From the IMG/VR virus record IMGVR_UViG_2861452123_000001, positions 13,139-77,138 of that record: DNA of 64,000 nt; one strand, given 5' to 3'. Positions within the stretch are counted from its first letter, which is position 1. Each line of letters opens with the position of its first letter. Of the stretch, positions 31,306 through 40,613 are shown in pieces. The translations under genes and the position numbers were made by a program. Source of the DNA: a virus. The notes beneath the pieces were generated by a model that searched no databases, had not been told where the DNA came from, and saw only the letters and a list, made by a program, of their open reading frames with translations.

Positions 31306-31496
31306 TGGGCACCAGCGTCAAGCGTGAGGTCTCGCTCAGCAGCCCGATGACTCTCGGTGAGCTGCGCGAGTTCTACGACCTGTGCCGCGACATGGACATA
31401 CCGCTGTCAGCGCAGTTGTCCGTGACAGTTATCAAGGGCTACAGCGACTTCCGCGAGTCCTGGCCGGACGGTGTCACGATCACGGCTCGACCATGA
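31305..31496 (+). CDS. Hypothetical protein
   Basis: TAATG-coupled 63-aa ORF. Confidence 0.6.
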   Translation: MGTSVKREVSLSSPMTLGELREFYDLCRDMDIPLSAQLSVTVIKGYSDFRESWPDGVTITARP

Positions 31497-31894
31497 ACCG
31501 GCTACAGAGCGCCACGGACACCTTCCGTGAACTGTGGACGTACGCGACCATCGCTCTGATCCTCGGTGCCACCGGCTACGCCGTGTTCGAGAACAAGAGC
31601 TGGTGGGACGGACTGTGGTGGGCCATCGTGACCGCCGGGACAGTCGGCTACGGCGACCAGTACCCCGCCACGGTCGGCGGTCGCATCGTCGGTATCGCGC
31701 TGATCGTGTTCTCCGTGTTCTTCGTCGTCCCCCTCATCACAGCCCGCATGGCCAGCCGCCTCATCGTGAACGACGACGCGTGGACCCATGAGGAGCAAGA
31801 AGAGATCAAGAGCGACATCGGGTTCGTCCGTGAGTACGTCGACCGGCTCCCGCCCCGATGCGGGCATGGCGGTGATCCGGCGAAGTGCCGATGA
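31493..31894 (+). CDS. KcsA-like two-TM potassium channel
   Basis: TM1, [22 protein letters not shown] filter, TM2 ([11 protein letters not shown]). Confidence 0.92.
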   Translation: MNRLQSATDTFRELWTYATIALILGATGYAVFENKSWWDGLWWAIVTAGTVGYGDQYPATVGGRIVGIALIVFSVFFVVPLITARMASRLIVNDDAWTHEEQEEIKSDIGFVREYVDRLPPRCGHGGDPAKCR

Positions 31895-32486
31895 TGAGCG
31901 GCGTGATGGTCGCCTACGACGGTGATGCAGACCTCTTCGTCTACCGGGTCTTCGTCCCTGACTATCAGGAGCGGTTCGGATACTTGCACGACGGCACCCT
32001 GCAGACCGGAAGGGATTGACCAGTGGCCGAGACCAAAGAAGAGATGGACGCGCAGACAGGCGGATTACACCCTGCCGAGATCTGCGGCGAGGACTGTTCG
32101 GGGTGCTGCGAGGAGTGGGAGTGGAAGTGACAACGCCTACACCTGCCGTCGCCTGATGTGGAGCCAGCTTGGGGACGGCACCTACGTGTGCGACGTGTGC
32201 GGCCTACCCGTGCGTCTTTGGGTGGACATCGGAGCATCGTGCCCGTTCGGGTGCGACGTGACGTAGGGAGATGACATGACCTGTACCGAACCGGACGAGG
32301 ACGGCGACTGCACGCATGAGATCAGCAGTTACGAACCCGGCCTGTGCCTGCATTGCTTGCACACCTACGGAATCGCCCGTCAGATGGGCAAGTCCACCGT
32401 CCCCGGCCTGTGGATGTGCATGATGTGCGCCCACGGCGTCGGCTAACGGGACGCGTACTTATCGGCACAACACAACAGGAGGAATC

Positions 32487-32852
32487 GTGAACGTTCGCAA
32501 TTGGTTTCGGCGCAGGCCACCAAGCAATCTGGTCGCTCACGCACGTCGTGAGTTGGATCTGATCGGAGAAGAGCCTGACGTGATCAAGGGCTACCTCAAG
32601 GTGATCCAAGCGTTCGCCGATATGGGGCACTCTGGTGGGTCAGCAATGGTCGCTATCCCGACTATCAGCAGGCTGTTGCGTTTCGAGAACTTGGCTCCGC
32701 TAACCGACGACCCGGACGACTGGATCGAGGTTGGGTACGGCATGTGGCAGAACCGCCGCTGTTCCCGCATGTTCTCGGAGGACGGTGGCAAGTCGTATAC
32801 CGACGTGGACGACCGCGAGAAGGTCGTGCATTTTGCCGAGTCAAGCGCCTAG
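32487..32852 (+). CDS. Hypothetical protein (GHSGGSA family)
   Basis: GGAGG RBS; HARREL...GHSGGSA...PLTDDPDDW...WQNRR. Confidence 0.8.
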   Translation: MNVRNWFRRRPPSNLVAHARRELDLIGEEPDVIKGYLKVIQAFADMGHSGGSAMVAIPTISRLLRFENLAPLTDDPDDWIEVGYGMWQNRRCSRMFSEDGGKSYTDVDDREKVVHFAESSA

Positions 32853-32869
32853 CTGACATAGGGACTGGC

Positions 32870-33061
32870 ATGCACGAAGTACCTGACTGCTACGTCTGCG
32901 GCGACGGCATCGAACAGATCGGCGGGGGCTGGCGGCACATTGACGACAGCATCAGTGCGGAGGGCGAGCGAGTCGTCTCGACGTGCTACTGGGGCAAGCC
33001 CTACGCGCCGTCCGACAACCGCAATCCGCGGTTCGCAGACTTCGAAAAACACCTGACGTAA
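32870..33061 (+). CDS. Small Cys-containing protein
   Basis: CYVCG; 63 aa. Confidence 0.55.
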   Translation: MHEVPDCYVCGDGIEQIGGGWRHIDDSISAEGERVVSTCYWGKPYAPSDNRNPRFADFEKHLT

Positions 33062-33267
33062 GGAGATTGACGTGGAAGGCATCGCAATTGGCCTTGCGTG
33101 CTGGGTGCTCGCCGCCGTGGCCTTCATGGTCGGGCGAATGACGGCGCCGCGTGCCCCGCAGGATGTGTTCTGCTGCGCGTACAAAGTGGGCCACCCTGGG
33201 CCACACGTCCCGCCGCTGGGCTGACAGAAGGCGGCGTTACTAAACGGGGCTCACAAGGCCCATAGAG

Positions 33268-33302
33268 AAACCCCGACCCCCTCACAAGGGGGGCCGGGGT
33301 TT
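33268..33302. terminator. Bidirectional terminator between convergent arms
   Basis: AAACCCCGACCCCC-TCACAA-GGGGGGCCGGGGTTT. Confidence 0.85.
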
Positions 33303-33330
33303 CGTCGTTCCTGGAGCCAATAAGAGGGCG

Positions 33331-33576
33331 CTACGCAGCCTTTCGCTGCTTCGGCCACCACTCCTCAATAGAATCCGATGAGTAGCCCGACCACACATCC
33401 TCGTCCTCGACCAAGACGACGGGCATCGCCATGTAGCCCATCTCGATCAGACGGTCACGCCACTCGGTCTGTTCATCGACGTTGATTGTCTCGAACTCAA
33501 CGCCACGATCCTTCAGATGTCGCTTCGTGACCAGGCACTGCGGGCAGGAGTTCTTCGTGAACACGGTGACGCTCAT
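33331..33576 (-). CDS. nrdH: NrdH-like glutaredoxin
   Basis: TVFTKNSCPQC...MPVV...WSGY. Confidence 0.93.
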   Translation of the reverse strand: MSVTVFTKNSCPQCLVTKRHLKDRGVEFETINVDEQTEWRDRLIEMGYMAMPVVLVEDEDVWSGYSSDSIEEWWPKQRKAA

Positions 33577-34703
33577 CGGCGCACCGGGGCTGCCGCCACG
33601 ATGTCGCGGGCGTGCTGGAGCGCAATGTCCCAGCAGGAGCGCGGATCTCCGTCGATGGGGTTCACGAACTGGTACGTCGTGTGAGGGCTGGTCACCTTGA
33701 TCAGGAAGAAGTCGAGCGCATTCGTAGCGGCCTTGAACGCACCAACGCCCTCATTGAACGTTGGGCTCGACACCAGGTTCCACACTTGTCCGGCCAGGTT
33801 CAGCGGATTGCCAGTGTTGACGATGTCCCACACCGCACGCATGTCAGCGATCTGATCCGCAGTAGACCCGGCCTTGTTGATCTTCGAGTACAGGTCGTCA
33901 CCCTTGGTGTTGGTCATCGCCTTGTCGGAAGCGAAGTCCCAATGCTCCACCGGGGTGTCGTGTGCGGTCGGCGTAACGATGCCCTCGCCGTCCGAGTAGG
34001 AGCAGCCGGGGAACGTATGCCCGTGCTCACGCATCGGGTTGCCGAATGCGCTCGACCCACGGTATGTGGCCTTGAACCGTCCGAGGTCGCCGTACAGGAC
34101 GCGCATCAACACCGTCATGAACACGATGGCACCCATCGAGTACACCGTTGCGCACCAAGGGATCTGGGTGCAGTTCTCACCCTTCGGGCCGCGCGGCATG
34201 TCGAGCTGACGAATGAACTCAGCGACACCGTCCTTCACGCCTCGGGACATCGGCACTGGGGCCGTGTTGTACCCGATGGGCTGGTGGTAGCACTTCGTCT
34301 TGTCGAGCAGCTCCCCGATGTCGTACGGGTAGCCCATGTCGTACGTGCTGCCCGCGCCGTTGATCGAGAAGTGAACGATGTCGTAGCCCTGCACGAACGC
34401 GGGCTTGTCGATCACGATGACGCCGAGAGCGACCTGGGTGTCGAAGTCCAGGACGCCGAACCCATGGGAGCCCAGCTTTGGGCCGGTGTAGTTCTTGTCA
34501 GCATTCTTGTTCTGCTGGTACGTCACCAGCGCGGCCTGCAGATCGAGCCCGAACACCTCAGTGTCATCGAGCCTCTTGGCATAGGAGAACCTCGCCTTGA
34601 GCTTCGCCTTAGCCGTCTTCACGGTGGGGCCGGACATGCCGACCTGCCACCCGATCCACGTAGTGGTCATGTAATCCTTTCTGGCATCACGAAATAGGGC
34701 CAT
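33573..34703 (-). CDS. lysB: Lysin B (PG-binding domain + cutinase-like esterase)
   Basis: Position after holin; YSMGA nucleophile elbow; AFGNPMR. Confidence 0.88.
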   Translation of the reverse strand: MALFRDARKDYMTTTWIGWQVGMSGPTVKTAKAKLKARFSYAKRLDDTEVFGLDLQAALVTYQQNKNADKNYTGPKLGSHGFGVLDFDTQVALGVIVIDKPAFVQGYDIVHFSINGAGSTYDMGYPYDIGELLDKTKCYHQPIGYNTAPVPMSRGVKDGVAEFIRQLDMPRGPKGENCTQIPWCATVYSMGAIVFMTVLMRVLYGDLGRFKATYRGSSAFGNPMREHGHTFPGCSYSDGEGIVTPTAHDTPVEHWDFASDKAMTNTKGDDLYSKINKAGSTADQIADMRAVWDIVNTGNPLNLAGQVWNLVSSPTFNEGVGAFKAATNALDFFLIKVTSPHTTYQFVNPIDGDPRSCWDIALQHARDIVAAAPVRR

Positions 34704-34740
34704 TCCGCTGCCAGCGGAACAGCCCGATTACGCGAACGGT

Positions 34741-35055
34741 TTAGTGAGTCTTCTTGTACTGCTCGATGACCTCATCGACCACGCTGGTCGCCTCGGTCGC
34801 GATGGCCGGGACGGAAGGCGCAGGGGCTGCCTGCGTGGGCTCGTCGTCGCCGTCGAGTTCGTCCACCACCTTCTCGATGGCAGCCTGGTTCTTCACGAAC
34901 CATGTAGCGCCACCCACGACGGCCGAGAAGCCGACCGCTACCAGATGCACCCACGGGTGTGTGGTGTCGGCATTCAGGAACGCCACGACGCCCTCCATAC
35001 CTGCCAGCGCAGTGGCGGCGGCGGTGATGGCCTTGTAGATCTCTGCGATCTTCAC
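34741..35055 (-). CDS. Holin
   Basis: Two N-terminal TM helices, between the lysins. Confidence 0.75.
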   Translation of the reverse strand: MKIAEIYKAITAAATALAGMEGVVAFLNADTTHPWVHLVAVGFSAVVGGATWFVKNQAAIEKVVDELDGDDEPTQAAPAPSVPAIATEATSVVDEVIEQYKKTH

Positions 35056-35288
35056 TTGAAGATCCCTCCCAGCGGGTTGAACTGCTTGATGATTGCCTGG
35101 AGCTGGTCGGGGATCAGCGACTCCAACGTCTGAATGACGTTGGGCAGGAACACCTTGTCGATCTGATCGGGGATCAGTTCGTCCAGCTTCTTGGTGACCG
35201 CGTCCTCCACAGCCTTCTCGATGACCGGCGTCAACGCCGTCACGACGATTGGGATCACGACCTTCGCGGCCGACTCGATGAAGCTCAC
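35052..35288 (-). CDS. Lysis-cassette membrane protein
   Basis: N-terminal hydrophobic helix. Confidence 0.65.
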   Translation of the reverse strand: MSFIESAAKVVIPIVVTALTPVIEKAVEDAVTKKLDELIPDQIDKVFLPNVIQTLESLIPDQLQAIIKQFNPLGGIFK

Positions 35289-36718
35289 TTCGCAGCCGCC
35301 TCGTATGCCGTCAGGATGTCGGCCGGAACCTCTGCGAGGATCTTCGCTGCGCGGGCCACCGTCGCGGCGTCAGTCACCACTCCCTCGCCTGCGGCAACGC
35401 GAATCACGCGGCGCAGCGAGTCAGGGTCACCCAGCACGGCCAGGCGCTCCACTAGTTCGGAGTGCTCCATGCCGTCGTCGTTGAGCACCATGCCAGCGAG
35501 GGTGTCCACTGGTCCCTCACCGGGCTCTGCGTAGATGGAACGCGAGTTCCACTTGTTGGTCAGCTCGAAGTGGACACGCGTCAGCAGTGCCCGGTCGGCG
35601 TCAGTGAACATGTCGTCTTCCTCCGTGGTTCCATTTGCGAATTGTGCTACGTAGCTTGCGAATACGTCCCAAGGGAAGTTGGGGCCAACGTCGGTGTGAG
35701 TACCGATGCCCAGACCCTTGGTGATGCCGTAGTGGTCGGTGATGCCGTTGCTGGTCTTTAGCGACGAGTAGCCCCCGGCCGCGAAGCCGACGCGGACGGT
35801 CGTCTCGATCCCGTACTTGCGGCAGTCCTGTACGGCCAGGTAGGCAGCAACCTTGATTGCCTTGCCGTACTTGCTGAGCCAGTCCGTACGCGACATCGCC
35901 GCGTACGATCCAGCGAAGACGAGGTTGATCGAATCTGGATTCGCCGATAGGACGGACCAGCTGCTGAGGTCGGTGTCAACGAGATCCCACGCGACAGCCC
36001 CGGAAGCATCAGGGTCCACCGCGTAGTGGTAGGACACCTCGTTGTTGTCCATCCAGTTATCCAGCGCCTGACCCAGCAGGTTGCCTTCCTCCGTGTGGAG
36101 GACGAACAGACGCGGATTGTGCCCCTGACGGTTCGACGCGTTCTCGCCGTCGATGATGTTCTTCTCGGTGAACGAGAACGATGGCTGAGTGGGAGTTGTT
36201 GGGGCGGTGATTGTTCCGGCCACCGCGTCGTACAGCGCGTTGATGTCATCCCACTGCTCGCGGTAGCGGTCAGGGAACGCCGAGCCCTGGATGGCCTGCG
36301 CAGCCTCGCCAGCGGACTGAGCGTTCGACGCGTCGTATCCGCGCTTCTTTAGCCGCGTCTGGAACGAGATGAACGCCTGGTGCGGATCCATCTGCTGAGC
36401 AGTCGTCCCCCACCACAGCTCGCCGTTCGGACCCTTCTGCTGCTGCAGGTAGCCGATTGACCGATTATCGTTCGAAACCGAGTCGTGGGAGTAGTTGAAC
36501 GAATCTCCGTCGTTATGGTTTGCCGGACACCAGAAGCGCCGTGCGTGCGGCGGGTCGTTGTCCTCAACGCCAACCTCGACGGAGACGGCCATCACGTTGA
36601 GGATCGCCGCGCCCTTTACGTCGGGCATGCCCAATGTCTTCGCCACGTCGATGGCAATCGCCATGATCTGCTCACGGGCGAGGAGCGGATCATCCTGCAG
36701 AAACTGTGTGAAACTCAT
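35285..36718 (-). CDS. lysA: Lysin A (N-terminal domain + Amidase_2 + C-terminal domain)
   Basis: VLHTEEG, SYHY, HYGIT...HTDVGPNFPW. Confidence 0.93.
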   Translation of the reverse strand: MSFTQFLQDDPLLAREQIMAIAIDVAKTLGMPDVKGAAILNVMAVSVEVGVEDNDPPHARRFWCPANHNDGDSFNYSHDSVSNDNRSIGYLQQQKGPNGELWWGTTAQQMDPHQAFISFQTRLKKRGYDASNAQSAGEAAQAIQGSAFPDRYREQWDDINALYDAVAGTITAPTTPTQPSFSFTEKNIIDGENASNRQGHNPRLFVLHTEEGNLLGQALDNWMDNNEVSYHYAVDPDASGAVAWDLVDTDLSSWSVLSANPDSINLVFAGSYAAMSRTDWLSKYGKAIKVAAYLAVQDCRKYGIETTVRVGFAAGGYSSLKTSNGITDHYGITKGLGIGTHTDVGPNFPWDVFASYVAQFANGTTEEDDMFTDADRALLTRVHFELTNKWNSRSIYAEPGEGPVDTLAGMVLNDDGMEHSELVERLAVLGDPDSLRRVIRVAAGEGVVTDAATVARAAKILAEVPADILTAYEAAAK

Positions 36719-37674
36719 GCGGCGTCCTGTGCTGAGATGGCTGTGAACTGAGTGCCAGGCGCTAGAAGCGACGCACGCCAGTTCAATCCGTAGTAGGTGT
36801 GGCCGTCACCGTGGTCGACCAGGTTCGCCTCGTCGGTCCAGTCGATGACCGGCGTGGCCAGGTTCGTCCCCTGGTACACCGCCACTGTGTTCGTGATCGA
36901 GTTGTAGCGAATCGTGTAGTTGTCCAGGTTCGCGGTGACGTGCGGAACCGACTTCCACGTCGTCAAATGCACTGGGCTGGAGCCAACCTCGATGAGCAGG
37001 TTGTTGTTGATCAGGCCGGTCTCATGCGTGACGCAGAGGTACTCCGACATGTCCGAGTTCGAGCAGAACGCCACACCCGACTTGCCAGCGCCACGGTTGA
37101 CCACCGAGTAGTTGATCTCGATGGAGTCGCCACGGAACGGCGCGTACCAAAGCATCGCCGCGTCATCGAAGAGGATCCCGCAGGCCACGCCATTGGGCTG
37201 GCCGGACGAGGAGTTGTCCCAGACGGACGGCGCACCGTTCTTGACATCCCACGACGGGTCGACAACCGTTCCCACGGTGCCGAAGTCGTAGTCGTACTGA
37301 ATCGCGTTGAAATCGGTGTTGTTCTGCGGGTAGTCTGGGTAGCGCGGCTCATTGCGAGTTACGGTGCCCCAGACCGGGATACGGACGTTGGCGTTTACAT
37401 CCTCGATACTCAGAGCGAACGTGGTGCCGCGCACCAGAAGAGTTGTGTCATCGGACGTTACGTCAGGAAAGGTCACCGCACCGTTGACGACGTACCCCTC
37501 CCAAATCGCGAGGGTCTGCTTGAACGAGTTCTTGAACTCGATGAACGCATACGCGCCGTCGCGGAACACCTTCTTCTCGCGAGCGGTCAAAGTGTATGTG
37601 TACGTGGGGGTGTCGCCAGTAGCCAGATCCATCACGGCCATGCGGCGACCCAATTCAGGACGCCAAACGCCCAT
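36715..37674 (-). CDS. Minor tail / structural protein (lectin-like C-terminus)
   Basis: Position; beta-rich C-terminal domain. Confidence 0.7.
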   Translation of the reverse strand: MGVWRPELGRRMAVMDLATGDTPTYTYTLTAREKKVFRDGAYAFIEFKNSFKQTLAIWEGYVVNGAVTFPDVTSDDTTLLVRGTTFALSIEDVNANVRIPVWGTVTRNEPRYPDYPQNNTDFNAIQYDYDFGTVGTVVDPSWDVKNGAPSVWDNSSSGQPNGVACGILFDDAAMLWYAPFRGDSIEINYSVVNRGAGKSGVAFCSNSDMSEYLCVTHETGLINNNLLIEVGSSPVHLTTWKSVPHVTANLDNYTIRYNSITNTVAVYQGTNLATPVIDWTDEANLVDHGDGHTYYGLNWRASLLAPGTQFTAISAQDAA

Positions 37675-37687
37675 GGTGTACTCCTAT

Positions 37688-38017
37688 TTAGATGATGAGC
37701 TTCGCGTGCTGATTCGCCTCACGCAGTGCCATGCGATCCGATTCGCTGATACCTGTTGCGCGGTACAGAAAGTCATCGACAACGTCGGTCAGCTTGTTCA
37801 GGCCACGGATCACCTTCTCAAGGCGCTCACGTAGCTCGCTGTTCTCCCGGCGTACCTCTTCACGGAACGCTGCCGACATCCGCTGCAGCAGCTCCGTCTC
37901 ATCAAGCTTGCGCTTGCGCTTACCAAACACGGTGTCCCACACGTGATTGAAGATTCCACCCGTGGCCGCAGCCGTTGCCAGCCCGAGAAGGGCCTCCCCC
38001 AAAGTGATGTGATCCAT
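37688..38017 (-). CDS. Membrane protein with coiled coil
   Basis: N-terminal TM plus coiled coil. Confidence 0.75.
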   Translation of the reverse strand: MDHITLGEALLGLATAAATGGIFNHVWDTVFGKRKRKLDETELLQRMSAAFREEVRRENSELRERLEKVIRGLNKLTDVVDDFLYRATGISESDRMALREANQHAKLII

Positions 38018-38086
38018 GTTCTTTTATCTGAGTAGTAGGTGCGGGCGGATTCCCTCCCCGTCGAAACGAGGAGGGAATCCGTAGTG

Positions 38087-38245
38087 CTACTTGGCCTTCT
38101 GAGCCCGCTCGGCGTCCAGCCAGGCGACAGTGTCGGCCTGGATCTTCGCTACAGCTGCCACGTGGTTCTCCGACTGCTCAGCGATGCTCGCCGCGTAGGC
38201 GTCCCAGAACGCCTTCTCGTTACCAACAGTGAGGACGTTTGCCAT
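38087..38245 (-). CDS. Small hypothetical protein
   Basis: AAGGAG RBS; 52 aa. Confidence 0.7.
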   Translation of the reverse strand: MANVLTVGNEKAFWDAYAASIAEQSENHVAAVAKIQADTVAWLDAERAQKAK

Positions 38246-38256
38246 GTGAGTTCTCC

Positions 38257-39591
38257 TTAACCGACGCGGTAGGCGCGGACAGCAGGGACGGGGATGTGTC
38301 GGATCGCGTCTGCAATGCGACGGCCGTGGTTGAAGTAACCCCGGTAGTTGCCGTGTAGGTTGTCCGCACCCGTGATCAGCGCCTGCTGATCGGTCAGGCT
38401 GTTGTTGTTGCCACCGTTTCCGGTCCACCAAGGGTTCGTGGGATTCGCCGGGTCGACGTAGAAGGCGCGTGCAACCTCAGCGATGGCCGCGATATGCCCC
38501 TGACGGTTCAGGTCGTTCGCCCCACCGGACACGTAGCTCGCAGGGCTGGTGCCGAAGATGGTGTACGGCTCGTTGCCAACATGAATGAACGTCATCAGGC
38601 CGTTGGAGTCCAGGGCCAGTGCTTCGTTGTAAACAACCTTCGCGCGGGCCTTCATGGCTGCAGTGCCGCCAGGGTTCACGGCCGCGTCGTTGACGGTTCC
38701 GTGCAGGATGTACGCCACAGGGAAGCTGATGCCGGTCATCGGATCGGCCGCACCGATGGCGAACCCGTTCGCGATGGTGGTCTTGCGTGAGGCAGACCCG
38801 ATACGCGTCGAGTTGATCGAGGATGGAGTGTCGTCCGTTCGGGCGACGGTGTCGCCGTTCTGGAAGAACCCCGTACCGCCCTGCGCGGCATTCCAATGGA
38901 CGATGCCGGTCGCCTCGAAGAACGCGTCCTGAGGACCGTACGAGAAGTAGGTCTCATCCGAGCCGACGTTCTGGTTGTGCAGCGGCTCGAAGTACGAGTC
39001 GCCGTCGAAGATCACCATCGGGCGGGCCGGTGCCGCGTACATCAATGCCGCCGCCTCGATGTTCACCTGCAGGAAGTTGACATTGCCTGCGACATGCACA
39101 CGGATGCGGCGCTTCTTGTAGCCGCTGCGAGCCACGCCAGGTGTTGCGAACTTGATCGAACGGAAGACGTACCCGGTCAGGCTGGTGCCCAGAGGCTTGT
39201 CCTGGAGCTTCACCATGCGGCCGTTGTGCTCGACGTAGACCTGACAGTCGAACGCTCCGGTCGACAGGAACATCAGGTCGAGCTTGTCGCCCGTGTACAC
39301 GAACTCGAAGCGGGTGGACATGTTGAACGTGCTTCCACCCGAGGCGCGTGCCGAGGTGTCGTTCTTCGCGCCGCCAGCCCAGTTGCCTGGAGTCTGGAAC
39401 TGCCAGTTCTGGCCCTGCGTGTTGAACTTACCGGCGGTATTCCACGGCACGCCGACGAGACTGTCCATGGTCTGGGCTGATGTGCTGTACGCATCGGTCA
39501 CGATCTCCGAGGACGGCATCGTGTCGATAATTGGTTCGTAGAGATCAGCCAGACGGACGGTGTCCGTGTAAATAGGAGCTGGCAAAGTCAT
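38257..39591 (-). CDS. Tail-associated SGNH/GDSL esterase-domain protein
   Basis: FDGDSYF, GGTG, HGTVND, DNLH. Confidence 0.8.
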   Translation of the reverse strand: MTLPAPIYTDTVRLADLYEPIIDTMPSSEIVTDAYSTSAQTMDSLVGVPWNTAGKFNTQGQNWQFQTPGNWAGGAKNDTSARASGGSTFNMSTRFEFVYTGDKLDLMFLSTGAFDCQVYVEHNGRMVKLQDKPLGTSLTGYVFRSIKFATPGVARSGYKKRRIRVHVAGNVNFLQVNIEAAALMYAAPARPMVIFDGDSYFEPLHNQNVGSDETYFSYGPQDAFFEATGIVHWNAAQGGTGFFQNGDTVARTDDTPSSINSTRIGSASRKTTIANGFAIGAADPMTGISFPVAYILHGTVNDAAVNPGGTAAMKARAKVVYNEALALDSNGLMTFIHVGNEPYTIFGTSPASYVSGGANDLNRQGHIAAIAEVARAFYVDPANPTNPWWTGNGGNNNSLTDQQALITGADNLHGNYRGYFNHGRRIADAIRHIPVPAVRAYRVG

Positions 39592-40613
39592 CCAATCTCA
39601 ATCAGGTCGAACGTGTAAGTCGTGTTCGACAGAGGTGTTCCTGCAATTTGGAGCACGACCGTTGTGGTCGTCTTGGTGACGAACGGATGCAGGTTCGCTG
39701 CAGGCCCGTTCGTCGGTGCCAAGCTCACGTGCGGCACGGTGGGGAACGCAGTTCCGAATGTCAGGGTCGCGAGAGTCCCTGAGGCAGCGGACGTTCCGGT
39801 CGTCACGGACACGGACTGCGCGTAGCGACCACCGGCCACACTGGCGGTCGCACCGGTACCGGCATTGGCGTGCGCGGCGATGGTGGGAATCGTTCCGCCA
39901 GCGGTGACGGCAGTTGCGATGGCCGCGTCGATGTCAGACTTACGGGCGAGCACGTCGTCGCCCCACTTGAGGTCGCCGTCACCCTTTGGCACAAAGGAGA
40001 TGTCGACATCCGGCTCTGGTCCGTCCGCAACGATGGTCGCCACAGAGATCGCCACATAGAGGACGATGGGAGCAGCGCCTTGTGGAACTAGGCCGAGGGC
40101 GACGTTGGGGTCCGCACCGGACGCCAGCACGGCCGGGAAGTTACCGGCCGAGTGGTTCTGTACGGCAATGAAGTTCACCGCGTTCGGTACCGGCGAGGTG
40201 TTGAGGATCGGGTTGCCGTTGGAGTCGAAGATCGCGTTGATCTTCGGGCTCACCAGCGTCTTGTTCGGGACCGTCTGAACGCCGGTCAGTGTGACGAAGC
40301 CACTGGAGTCAGTGCCGCCGACGTTGACGTAAATCGAGCCGCCCCAACGCCATAGCAAGTTGGTTGCCTTGTCGACGTAGATGATGTCGGTGACGCCAGT
40401 CGCTGGGAATGCAGCCTTGTTGACGTACTCCTCGACCTGGTCAACGAAGAAGACCTGGCCGATGTAGTACAGCGCGTTCCAATGCGACGAGCCGTCGCCG
40501 ACCTTCAGCTTGCCAGTGTCGGTCTCAGCGCCAAGTTCGCCAGCCGCCAGGAGCGTGTTAGCGGATGTCCACTGCGCAGCGGTGCCGCGACGTAGTTGAA
40601 TCTGCGCCATCAT
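39588..40613 (-). CDS. Tail fibre with Mtd-N/hyaluronidase-like N-terminus
   Basis: IQLRRGTAAQWTSANTLLAAGELGAETDTGKLKVGDG. Confidence 0.85.
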   Translation of the reverse strand: MMAQIQLRRGTAAQWTSANTLLAAGELGAETDTGKLKVGDGSSHWNALYYIGQVFFVDQVEEYVNKAAFPATGVTDIIYVDKATNLLWRWGGSIYVNVGGTDSSGFVTLTGVQTVPNKTLVSPKINAIFDSNGNPILNTSPVPNAVNFIAVQNHSAGNFPAVLASGADPNVALGLVPQGAAPIVLYVAISVATIVADGPEPDVDISFVPKGDGDLKWGDDVLARKSDIDAAIATAVTAGGTIPTIAAHANAGTGATASVAGGRYAQSVSVTTGTSAASGTLATLTFGTAFPTVPHVSLAPTNGPAANLHPFVTKTTTTVVLQIAGTPLSNTTYTFDLIEIG

